Below the pieces are notes generated by a model. It made no database searches, was not told the origin of the DNA, and saw nothing but the letters and a program-made list of their open reading frames with translations. A stretch of 64,000 nucleotides of DNA, from assembly GCA_031257495.1 (NCBI GenBank), contig JAIRON010000003.1:2980-66979 (forward strand), read 5' to 3'. Origin of the DNA: Puniceicoccales bacterium (GTDB taxonomy: Bacteria; Verrucomicrobiota; Verrucomicrobiia; Opitutales; JAIRKQ01). The position numbers and the translations under genes were made by a program. Shown here piece by piece: positions 42,002-50,281 of the stretch; within the stretch, counting starts at the first letter, position 1; each line of letters starts with the position of its first letter.

Positions 42002-42679
42002 TTACTTCAGGTACTTGTTGTTTTCCCGCTCATAAGCGACCGTCGTAAATTCACCGTGGCCGGGTACGACAATGGTATCACCGGGCAATGGCAAAATTTT
42101 TCCCTTTATGCCGGAAATGAGCAATTTTTTATCTCCACCGGGAAAATCATACCGGCCTATGCCGTTCCTAAACAGCGTATCTCCCACAAAAACAACCCCC
42201 GCACAACCCAAGTAAAAAATCATGCCTCCCGGACAGTGACCAGGGACGCTGCGGGAGTAAATGCCAATCCCCGCCAGGGTTAGAAAAGAATTATCATCGA
42301 TAAATTCATCTATCACGCAGGGCGTTAAACCCATGTCCGACCCGGCGTAGGGAATGAGCGCCTTTGGATTTTCGATCACTATCCGATCATCTTTGTGAGC
42401 ATACACCTTCGCTCCATCCCCTTTGAACAGGTGGTCATCGCCGATGTGATCCCAATGGCAATGCGTTATGAGAAGGGCTTCGACAAAGATACCACGAAGA
42501 ACCGAAGCCCTAAGAAACTCATAAGACCCAAAGGGAGCATCAATCAGGAAAGCGGATTTTGTCTTACCATTTATAAAAACACCCGTGTGGGTGTACAATT
42601 TGCCAAATTGGAAAACGTACAAATAGTTGGAATCACCATGCCAAATTAAATTCCTATCATCCATTGTAAATTTCAACAA
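42002..42679 (-). CDS. Metallo-beta-lactamase fold hydrolase (glyoxalase II-like)
   Basis: Contains the HCHWDHIGD (HxHxDH) motif and a later GHCPG. Confidence 0.85.
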   Translation of the reverse strand: MLKFTMDDRNLIWHGDSNYLYVFQFGKLYTHTGVFINGKTKSAFLIDAPFGSYEFLRASVLRGIFVEALLITHCHWDHIGDDHLFKGDGAKVYAHKDDRIVIENPKALIPYAGSDMGLTPCVIDEFIDDNSFLTLAGIGIYSRSVPGHCPGGMIFYLGCAGVVFVGDTLFRNGIGRYDFPGGDKKLLISGIKGKILPLPGDTIVVPGHGEFTTVAYERENNKYLK

Positions 42680-43259
42680 TTACCTTGGTGGCAAAGCTGG
42701 TGTCACCGAGTAATTTTTCCATGTTGTGAACGCGAATGTTGCCAAATTTTTCCATTTCATCACTAAAATCATTGCCTCTGATGTAAAAAATTCGCGTTTC
42801 TTTTTTACAAACACCCCCAATATTTTCCAAAAAAGTAGGCAAATTTGAAACAGCACGGGCAACCACGTAATCAAATTTTTCTCCTAGATTCTCCACACGG
42901 AAATTTTTAACGGTTACATTGTTCAGGGCAAGTTTTTTTACCATGTCACCAACGGCGGAGGTCTTTTTTCCGATAGAATCCACTAGGGTGAATTTCACCG
43001 CACCATTCGTTATTGCCAGAGGAATTCCCGGCAGCCCTCCTCCCGTACCAACGTCTATAACCGAAGAACCCGGTGCAAATTGCACTACTTTATTAATGCA
43101 GAGGGAAGGCACGATATGTTTGGTCCAAAAATTTTCCATATCCCCACGGGAAACGAGATTAATTTTTGTATTCCACTCTGAAATTAACAGGTGGTAATGG
43201 CATAATTTTTCCATCTGATCGGTGGAAATCACACCAAAATAGCGCACCATCTCCTCCAT
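42657..43259 (-). CDS. rsmG: 16S rRNA (guanine527-N7)-methyltransferase RsmG
   Basis: I trimmed the start to ATG 43259, immediately after the recJ stop. Contains EWNTKINLVS and the SAM motif DVGTGGGLPGIPLAI. Confidence 0.9.
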   Translation of the reverse strand: MEEMVRYFGVISTDQMEKLCHYHLLISEWNTKINLVSRGDMENFWTKHIVPSLCINKVVQFAPGSSVIDVGTGGGLPGIPLAITNGAVKFTLVDSIGKKTSAVGDMVKKLALNNVTVKNFRVENLGEKFDYVVARAVSNLPTFLENIGGVCKKETRIFYIRGNDFSDEMEKFGNIRVHNMEKLLGDTSFATKVIVEIYNG

Positions 43260-43260
43260 A

Positions 43261-44991
43261 CTATTCAGAACTGCGCCAATCAACCATGGTGATAAGTTTG
43301 GACTTATTGCCATTCCAAAAATCCATACTGATCTTGATAGCCAGGTCAAGCTTGACTAAAATGGGAGGAATGTTATCCGCCATTTCCCATCCGATGACAA
43401 GTATACGCTTTGCGTACTGACGATTCAGCCAAAATTTTATGTGTGCCTTAGTATTTCCAAAAAGTTCCGGCTTATCCCTGATGATTACGGACCTCAGTAA
43501 AAAAATTGGCTCGATATTAGCCTGCCCAAACGGGTGTAATAGTTCAAGGTCGTGCATGAAATTGTCATCGATTTCGTCGATATTCAGTTCACCGGCAATC
43601 TCAATGACTTCAACAAAATCCGCATTTTTCATTTTCGACGCCACGATCTCGCAAAAACGCGTCCTGAAAGCCTCCAAATTTTCCATCTTCATGGAAATCC
43701 CAACCGCCACTGGATGCCCACCCCAGGATTCGAGTAGGTCGGAACAGCCATTTAAAACCTCGACGAGGTTGATAAAATTCACCCCTCGGCCGGATCCTTT
43801 GGCCAGACCGCGTTCGCAGCTAAGCACGATGCACGGCCGTTGGTAATCACGGGCAAGTTTGCCGCTAATTATCCCAACGACACCGGAATGCCAATCTTTG
43901 TTGAAAAGCACTATCGCTGGATCGTTTGCGTAGCGCTCCTGTACGATTAAGTTCGCCTCTTCGGCCACATCTTTCTCTATTGTTTGCCGCTCACGATTTG
44001 TTTCATCCAGCTCATAGGCGTAGGTCAAGGCTTCGTCGTAATCCTCACTTAGGAGCATCTTAACCGGCAAAACGGCATCGGATAGGCGGCCGCACGCATT
44101 CAAACGAGGGCCCAACTTGAATGCAACATCGGCGGGATAGATGGGTACCCCTTCTTCGAGAGCCGATACCCTGCACAAGGCAGCAATTCCCGCACGCCTA
44201 TCCCTGCTCGCCAACTTTCGCAATCCGTATCTGCAAAAAATTCTATTTTCCCCCACAAGGGGAACGAGGTCGGCGATGGTGCCCAGGGCGACCAGGTCGA
44301 GCTCATCGCACATTTTAAAAGTAGTGGCCTGTCTATCCCGCCTTCGCCGAAGGATCTGAAGTACGGCGTGGCAAAGTTTAAAAACAAGGCCAACCGTACA
44401 AAAAATCCTTTGCTGTTCATCGGAAACTTGCTCATAAATATGAGGATTAATGATGCAACAATTGGAACATTCAGCGTCACTTGCCTTGTGATGGTCTACA
44501 ACTAATACGTCGCAACCTTTTAATTTCAAGAGGTTCACTTCCGGTACTGCGTTGGTTCCGCAGTCGAACGCTAACACCAAATTTGGAATTCCATCCTCAA
44601 GCAAACGTGCCGTAATCTCCCGAGATAGCCCGTATCCCTCCGAAAACCGGCGGGGAACGTAAAAATTTGGCTGAATATTGAATCTGCCCAAGACATTCAT
44701 CATGAGGGCAATGCTTGTTATGCCATCCACATCGTAGTCGCCGACAATTGCCACGGTCTCATGGTTACAAATAGCCTGCACAATTCTCTTAGCTGCAAGT
44801 CCAACACCATTTATTTCAAAGGGATTTTTTAAGTAGGCCAGCTTTGGCCACAAAAATCGTTCGACGCTCTCCTTTGTTGTTACATCTCTCTGAGCCAGAA
44901 TTGTGCATATTAACGGGTGAATATTCAAACTGCGACCCAAATTTTCCGCTTTTGTCCGGTCGTATTCTGTCTGGTGCCAAGCTTTTGTCAT
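43261..44991 (-). CDS. recJ: Single-stranded-DNA-specific exonuclease RecJ
   Basis: DHH family: GDYDVDGITS and VVDHHK; 576 aa. Confidence 0.94.
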   Translation of the reverse strand: MTKAWHQTEYDRTKAENLGRSLNIHPLICTILAQRDVTTKESVERFLWPKLAYLKNPFEINGVGLAAKRIVQAICNHETVAIVGDYDVDGITSIALMMNVLGRFNIQPNFYVPRRFSEGYGLSREITARLLEDGIPNLVLAFDCGTNAVPEVNLLKLKGCDVLVVDHHKASDAECSNCCIINPHIYEQVSDEQQRIFCTVGLVFKLCHAVLQILRRRRDRQATTFKMCDELDLVALGTIADLVPLVGENRIFCRYGLRKLASRDRRAGIAALCRVSALEEGVPIYPADVAFKLGPRLNACGRLSDAVLPVKMLLSEDYDEALTYAYELDETNRERQTIEKDVAEEANLIVQERYANDPAIVLFNKDWHSGVVGIISGKLARDYQRPCIVLSCERGLAKGSGRGVNFINLVEVLNGCSDLLESWGGHPVAVGISMKMENLEAFRTRFCEIVASKMKNADFVEVIEIAGELNIDEIDDNFMHDLELLHPFGQANIEPIFLLRSVIIRDKPELFGNTKAHIKFWLNRQYAKRILVIGWEMADNIPPILVKLDLAIKISMDFWNGNKSKLITMVDWRSSE

Positions 44992-47459
44992 AGGGTACCG
45001 CGCTCACTGGTGCGTCTATTTTCAAAGGCGTTCCAGGAAATGAAAATTGGACTAGCTATGAAAATTGATGAAAATGTTCCAACGACAACTCCAACGGTGA
45101 AAACGAAGGCTAAATCCACGATAACTCCTATACCGAAAATGCACAGCATCAGCGAAGCTAGCAGCGTTGTCACACTCGTTAAAATTGTACGGGATAATAC
45201 GCGGTTGATGGATAGATTTGTAATTTTTGTCAGTGAAAAATCTGGATGCGCTTTTCGCTCCTCCCGGATACGATCAAACACAATAACTTTATCGTTTATG
45301 GAATAGCCTATGACCATGAGTATGGATGCCACCATCGGTGCGCTAAACTGTCTGCCACAGAGAACGTAAATTCCCATTGTCACCACAACATCGTGCAAAA
45401 GGGAAACAACGGCGCCAATGCCGTAGGCAAATTCGAAGCGAAAAGCGATGTAAACCATCATGCAGAGCAGTGATAGAACAACGGACAGAAGGGCGTTTAA
45501 TTTTACACTTTGGCCAAGCGATGCGCCGATACTCGACTCCTTTACTAGTGAAAACTTACACTCCGGATATGCGGCCATCAGCGCCTTAAACATTGGTTGT
45601 CCCCCACCCTCCTTCGTCTGCAATCTCAGAACATCGCTCGAGTCCGCAATGGAATGTTGATACATTGCTAAAACTTCACCCACATTGTTCATCGCAGCGA
45701 CGCGATTAATATCTCCTATGGAAAGTTTTTTTTCAAATTTCAAAGCAACCTCATCTCCTCCAATAAAGTCGACACCGTATATGCCTTTACCGCGATAAAG
45801 GACAGCCAAAATTCCAGCAATAATAATTACCAATGAAACGTAAATAAACTTTCTACCATACTTCAAAAACTCAATGTTAAATTCCTTTAAATGTAGCTTG
45901 GGCAGGAGAGTTTTGACGATGTTTTTTTCAATGATAAAGTCCAAAACTATGCGACTGAGGATGAGGGCACAAAACATCGTAGCAAAAATTCCAATGGCTA
46001 AAATAACCCCAAAACCTCGTATCGGACCAGTGCCAAACCAAATCAAAATTCCTGCAGCAAGCAATGTGGTAACATTGGCATCCAACACCGTCGCAAAAGC
46101 TTTATCGTGCCCAGCACACAGCGCAGCCCTGAGGCTTTTGCCCAGCTTCAATTCTTCGCGGATACGCTCGAATATGAGAATGTTGGAATCTACGGCCATG
46201 CCTATGGTCAATGCCAGGGCAGCAACACCGGGCAGGGTTAAAGTTGCACCCAAATAGGCCATGGTCCCCAGAACTATTAAAATGTTTAAGGCAACGGATA
46301 AAATGGCCACGACTCCAGCCTGACGGTAATAAATCAACATGAAAGCCGCCACCGCCACCGCACTTACCAACGAAGCTAACAATGAACTTATGCGCGCATC
46401 ATCGGCAAGGGAGGGGCCAACTTCACTGAGCTCAACGAAACTAAGCTCAAATTCTAGGGGGTTGTTGAGAACGTTTGCTAGTTCAAAGGCTTCTCGTCGG
46501 GAAAAATTTCCCGATATACTGGCCTGCCCATTTCCGATTGCTGTTTTAATAACCGGCGCCGAATAAAGCTTTCCATCCAATACGATCCCGAGTTGGCGAC
46601 CGATATTGTTGGTCGTTATCTTTTCAAATAACTTTGCACCCGCATCTGTCATAGATAATCCCACTTCAAAACCATTAAACTGATCCATGCCAACGCGGGC
46701 AGATTTTATCATCTTACCTGTCATTTCCGGCAATTTTTTAACAAAATATGGCGTCTCAATAATTTCGCCCGTGCTGGGATCTTCATGCTCTACACTTAGC
46801 AATTCATAGCCAATGGGAGCGACTTCGAAGCGGGACTTGGGCAGATGTTCGTTAATCAGTCTAAATTCCAACTTGGCGGGCTTTTTGATGCTGTTTACTA
46901 TATCCTGATTATCCCTGGTGGATATCCCCGGCAATTGAATCTCGATACAATTATTGCCGGATTTGCGAACAACGGGTTCCGCAATGCCGAGGGCATCGAT
47001 GCGCTGGCGAATGATATCGATGGCCTTATCTATGGAAGTGGTGTCATCCTTTGCCATCTGGTCAACCCTCAAAACACATGATACGCCGCCCTTTAAATCA
47101 AGACCTTGTTTAATGCGACCTTGCGAACGGGCTAACAGAACATTCAATAGCAAATCGTTTTTTCTTTTAATGTTTTTTATATCGGCCAGATTAATGTCCG
47201 GGAAAAAGTGAGATAGGTCGATGTTTTCATCTTTTGAAATTTCCTTTAACGCGAGGAATAATGTCTTAGTTTTTCCCAAATTAACACGTTCCTTTGCCCT
47301 ATTTAAAATTACTTTGAATTGAGCGTTATCACAGGTAGCATGCCGTTCAATGAATTTGTCCAAGGGTTGATCCCTAATCGGAAACAAGCTATACAGAGCC
47401 AAACAAACGACAAAAATAGAAATCAACCACTTGAAAACAGATGACTTTTCAGGCTCCAT
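44988..47459 (-). CDS. secDF: Fused protein-export membrane protein SecD/SecF
   Basis: 823 aa with two sets of six-TM-type hydrophobic blocks and a periplasmic domain. Located directly downstream of yajC. Confidence 0.93.
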   Translation of the reverse strand: MEPEKSSVFKWLISIFVVCLALYSLFPIRDQPLDKFIERHATCDNAQFKVILNRAKERVNLGKTKTLFLALKEISKDENIDLSHFFPDINLADIKNIKRKNDLLLNVLLARSQGRIKQGLDLKGGVSCVLRVDQMAKDDTTSIDKAIDIIRQRIDALGIAEPVVRKSGNNCIEIQLPGISTRDNQDIVNSIKKPAKLEFRLINEHLPKSRFEVAPIGYELLSVEHEDPSTGEIIETPYFVKKLPEMTGKMIKSARVGMDQFNGFEVGLSMTDAGAKLFEKITTNNIGRQLGIVLDGKLYSAPVIKTAIGNGQASISGNFSRREAFELANVLNNPLEFELSFVELSEVGPSLADDARISSLLASLVSAVAVAAFMLIYYRQAGVVAILSVALNILIVLGTMAYLGATLTLPGVAALALTIGMAVDSNILIFERIREELKLGKSLRAALCAGHDKAFATVLDANVTTLLAAGILIWFGTGPIRGFGVILAIGIFATMFCALILSRIVLDFIIEKNIVKTLLPKLHLKEFNIEFLKYGRKFIYVSLVIIIAGILAVLYRGKGIYGVDFIGGDEVALKFEKKLSIGDINRVAAMNNVGEVLAMYQHSIADSSDVLRLQTKEGGGQPMFKALMAAYPECKFSLVKESSIGASLGQSVKLNALLSVVLSLLCMMVYIAFRFEFAYGIGAVVSLLHDVVVTMGIYVLCGRQFSAPMVASILMVIGYSINDKVIVFDRIREERKAHPDFSLTKITNLSINRVLSRTILTSVTTLLASLMLCIFGIGVIVDLAFVFTVGVVVGTFSSIFIASPIFISWNAFENRRTSERGTL

Positions 47460-47464
47460 GAATG

Positions 47465-47773
47465 CTATTTTTTGTCAACTTTTGCTTGGATGTAGGATTT
47501 AAAAATTTCAATCTTCGTATCATCCGCAATCTTCAAAACAAAGCGATCATTTTTAACATTCGCAATTGTTCCAAAGATTCCCGACGACGTCACAACCTCA
47601 TCTCCTGCCTTTAGCGCTTGTATCATCTTCACATGCTCCTTCTGTTTTTTGCGCTGGGGAGCAATCATCAAAAACCACATGCCAACAAAGAGCAAGGCGA
47701 AAACTAGCAAGCTCTGTAATCCAAACCCCTGTTGGGCAGCAACCTGTTCCGCAAATAATATTCTGTTATACAT
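47465..47773 (-). CDS. yajC: Preprotein translocase subunit YajC
   Basis: 102 aa with a single TM. Contains MIAPQRKKQKEH...L..GDEVVTSSGI. Confidence 0.92.
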   Translation of the reverse strand: MYNRILFAEQVAAQQGFGLQSLLVFALLFVGMWFLMIAPQRKKQKEHVKMIQALKAGDEVVTSSGIFGTIANVKNDRFVLKIADDTKIEIFKSYIQAKVDKK

Positions 47774-47856
47774 AAAATAAACTCTGCTTTAGGCATATCC
47801 TTTTGAAATATTTCGATCAAGAAAAATCGCGATTTATACAAAATTTTTAAAAAAAT

Positions 47857-47915
47857 TTGACAACATATCCAGAATAAACAATAATCCTGCTTTGTAAAAC
47901 TCACAAGGAGGATAT
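47857..47915 (+). promoter_or_regulatory. Putative sigma70-type promoter and leader of the 47916 gene
   Basis: TTGACA (47857-62), a 17-nt spacer, AATAAT (47880-85), then a strong AGGAGG SD 4 nt before the ATG. Confidence 0.5.
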
Positions 47916-48923
47916 ATGGATGACAGTACACGTACAATAACAAGCAATATCGTAGATTATGCGGGTAGCATAGGGGCAAATGTAGTTAGGGATACAAATG
48001 AAGGAGTTGCGCAAATTCCAGATTCAAAAGCAATTCCTCACCAAATAACTGCCGAGCCACCTAGCAAAGTTTTGGAAATAGCACACTCTCCAGAGGAATG
48101 CGTCGAGAAAAAACCTCTGGAAACAAGGAAAGTTGATAAGATACTAAATTCACGGGGAATTTTCAAAACTGAAATTGAAAATTTGCAAGTGAAACTCGGC
48201 ACATTTAAAGAAAGAGGCTTGGGGACTTTTATAGACGATGCCCTAGAAAGACTCCAGGAAGTTTCCGAAGGTTTGAACACTGATGATCCTACGAGACTGA
48301 CCGGTCCAATGACGAAAGCCGTAACGATCCTGGAGGAGCTGCTCGACAAAAACAAAACCGTTGGTGCCAAGTTGACTGTTGTAAAAGAAGTTCGCAGTGA
48401 GTTGAAAAAGTTGGTTAGTGGATTTCGAGATAAATTTGCCCTAATAGTGACAAAAGTTGCAAAGAAGATTCACAAAATAGCTGACAAAATGGCAAGCGGC
48501 CTGGATTTTGTCAAAAAAGTTGTCAATTCCGTACAGCAAGGCGTGGAAACTTTCCATACGATACTCAAAAGAGATGTGACAGTAGAGGAGGAAGGGGACA
48601 AAACTGGAGATGAATCGCTGGAAACAACTGTCCCTTACGCGGCTGTTGAAGATTCTTCACAGCAAAGTGTGGAGGCCTCACCCGCAGTGCCTGAAAAAGA
48701 AGATACAATTGCAGAAGGGAACAAAACCGGAGATGAATCACAGGAAACAACCGTCCCTTACGCGGCTGTTAGAGATTCTTCACAGCAAAGTGTGGAGGCC
48801 TCACCCGCAGTACCTGAAAAAGAAGATACAATTGCAGAAGGGGACAAAACTGGAGATGAATCACCGGAAACAACCGTTACCTACGCGGCTGTTGGAGATG
48901 ACGACACCGGTGAAAATTCGTAG
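47916..48923 (+). CDS. Orphan helical protein with C-terminal 41-aa acidic tandem repeats (tentative member of the shared-N-terminus family)
   Basis: 335-aa ORF with a strong SD. N-terminal SNIVDYAGSIGANVV loosely matches ENIDAIMAGGGFFL. SEGLNTDDPTRL matches ESGLQNLPPPDLL of the 3327 gene. The C-terminus holds 2.5 repeats. Confidence 0.75.
   Translation: MDDSTRTITSNIVDYAGSIGANVVRDTNEGVAQIPDSKAIPHQITAEPPSKVLEIAHSPEECVEKKPLETRKVDKILNSRGIFKTEIENLQVKLGTFKERGLGTFIDDALERLQEVSEGLNTDDPTRLTGPMTKAVTILEELLDKNKTVGAKLTVVKEVRSELKKLVSGFRDKFALIVTKVAKKIHKIADKMASGLDFVKKVVNSVQQGVETFHTILKRDVTVEEEGDKTGDESLETTVPYAAVEDSSQQSVEASPAVPEKEDTIAEGNKTGDESQETTVPYAAVRDSSQQSVEASPAVPEKEDTIAEGDKTGDESPETTVTYAAVGDDDTGENS
48591..48900 (+). 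repeat. In-frame tandem repeat, 123-bp unit x ~2.5
   Basis: Units start at 48591, 48714 and 48837 and are near-identical. They encode EG[DN]KTGDES.ETTVPYAAV.DSSQQSVEASPAVPEKEDTIA. Confidence 0.95.
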
Positions 48924-48991
48924 AAAATTTTCTCCATAAAATTTATAAAGTTCATAGCGAAGGTTGACTAACTTATCCCTGATAGGGAGGG

Positions 48992-49019
48992 AAAATCATT
49001 CTTTGCTATGATTTTTTTT
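48992..49019 (+). terminator. Possible intrinsic terminator after the 47916 gene
   Basis: AAAATCAT (48992-99), loop tctttgct, ATGATTTT (49008-15), running into a T tract. The stem is AU-rich and therefore weak. Confidence 0.4.
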
Positions 49020-49078
49020 GCAACATCTGGCATCATTCGTTGCGACTTAGGAAAAATAAAAAATTGCAAACAAATGTT

Positions 49079-49130
49079 TTGACAAAGCAAATGAAATAAG
49101 ATATAATTTTCCCCTCAAAAAGAGGAAATT
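49079..49130 (+). promoter_or_regulatory. Consensus sigma70 promoter plus anti-SD leader of the 49131 gene
   Basis: Perfect TTGACA (49079-84), a 17-nt spacer, perfect TATAAT (49102-07), then tttCCCCTCaaaaaGAGGAaatt ATG. CCUC can pair with GAGG. Confidence 0.7.
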
Positions 49131-49841
49131 ATGCATATCGGTGCTTCTAGGGGAGTTAAAAATTTTGTTCCATACATCGACGGTGATCTAAACGGTGATG
49201 AATCGTTGTTGGTTTCGGCGCCACCTGTTAGCAGGCGCATATTAAACCCCAAACTGTTTGGGGGTAGACGCGTAGTCGCGAAAGACGAATGTGATTTTCA
49301 AAGGGCTTTAGCCTCAGTGGGTCTTCCGCGTAGCTTATCGTCAAGTTCTTTATCCTTAAAACCTTTATCTTCGAGAGCATCGAAAACATTTGACCTCCCA
49401 AGAGCTTCAGGAAACTTGCATCCAATAACCGCATGCTGCGATGAATTTGGACATGCGGTAGATGAGTTAATCGCAAAACTCACCGAAATTATGGGTGAAT
49501 TGAGAGACATGGGATGTGATTACGGTGGTGAAGTCTCCACATTTATGGAAAAAACAACAATACCACTGCTAATTTTGAACAAGCAAAATTTACACACATC
49601 GGATCGAATTTCAAGTGGACAAGATCTTCACACAACAGACAGGGTAGAAGCAATTAATTCAATGGCAAATTTCTTGGAAACAATGAAAACTGAATTACCG
49701 CACCTAATATTCTTTGTAAATGGCGAATTTCCTTCCATTGAAAGGGAGCTGCAGGTTTCAATATCGCAAATCTATTCAAGGCTCCAGGATATAATAGCAA
49801 ATGCCTATAGGATCTTTGACGCCCAGAACGGCAAGAGCTGA
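49131..49841 (+). CDS. Orphan family member 2
   Basis: 236-aa ORF. NFVPYIDGDLNGDESLLVSAPP aligns with NIDAIMAGGGFFLDAPSGVVDSALVPQPG, and CDFQRALASVGLPRSLSSSSLSLKPL aligns with AEFRKTLKSACLTRSMSLRSLKTL of the 3327 gene. The promoter/leader is homologous to that of 49936. Confidence 0.75.
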   Translation: MHIGASRGVKNFVPYIDGDLNGDESLLVSAPPVSRRILNPKLFGGRRVVAKDECDFQRALASVGLPRSLSSSSLSLKPLSSRASKTFDLPRASGNLHPITACCDEFGHAVDELIAKLTEIMGELRDMGCDYGGEVSTFMEKTTIPLLILNKQNLHTSDRISSGQDLHTTDRVEAINSMANFLETMKTELPHLIFFVNGEFPSIERELQVSISQIYSRLQDIIANAYRIFDAQNGKS

Positions 49842-50033
49842 TCTTTGGTTGGCTGATTTATTTCGCTACGAAAAACAAAGATTTGACAAAAACGCCTAAA
49901 AAAACATAATTATTTCCCCTCAGATGGGAGAAATTATGAACATGGAAAATGTTAATGCCATTGTGGCAGGGGATAATTTTATTTTAGATGTTCCTAGTGG
50001 GTTCGTTGACAGCGCCCTAGTGCCACAACCAGG
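49822..50033 (+). repeat. Copy 2 of the ~211-bp dispersed duplication
   Basis: Aligns with the reverse complement of 3802..4012. It begins inside the 3' end of the 49131 gene and ends after codon ~33 of the 49936 ORF. Confidence 0.85.
49883..49935 (+). promoter_or_regulatory. Sigma70-type promoter plus anti-SD leader of the 49936 ORF
   Basis: TTGACA (49883-88), a 16-nt spacer, CATAAT (49905-10), then tatTTCCCCtcagatGGGAGAAatt ATG. Confidence 0.65.
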
Positions 50034-50124
50034 CAAGAGCCAAATATGTCGACCCTGTCGAAGCAATTCAAGGCATGGTGAACATGTTGGAACTAAACTA
50101 GAGTGCGTTGCCGTTACTAAATAA
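49924..50124 (+). CDS. Orphan family member 3, mini version (likely start 49936; probable internal-deletion derivative, possibly a pseudogene)
   Basis: MNMENVNAIVAGDNFILDVPSGFVDSALVPQPG is near-identical to member 1. The match stops after codon ~33. The C-terminal RSN...LECVAVTK resembles RSN...FECAVTL at the C-terminus of member 1. Confidence 0.55.
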   Translation: MGEIMNMENVNAIVAGDNFILDVPSGFVDSALVPQPGKSQICRPCRSNSRHGEHVGTKLECVAVTK

Positions 50125-50227
50125 GTTGGATAAGAAGTAAAGAGATCTTATAAGCAAACGAAAAAACACAGAAAGTCATTCGTGGCAATTCACTCCTTTC
50201 GAAACTTTTCCTTGAAAACAAGTTGAG

Positions 50228-50281
50228 CTTGCATTGGGCAAGATTTATGGTATCATTTTCCTGATTTTTTAGGAAAACGAA
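50228..50281 (+). promoter_or_regulatory. Putative promoter plus perfect SD-sequestering hairpin of the 50282 gene
   Basis: TTGCAT (50228-33), a 16-nt spacer, TATCAT (50250-55). TTTTCCT (50255-61) pairs perfectly with AGGAAAA (50270-76) across an 8-nt loop. The ATG is at 50282. Confidence 0.55.

Noticed and set aside
48591-48900. Possibility that the 123-bp repeats are a CRISPR array or a minisatellite outside genes.
   Set aside because: The units are contiguous with no unique spacers, are in frame, and lie inside a 335-aa ORF. No CRISPR-like repeat-spacer structure exists anywhere in the window.
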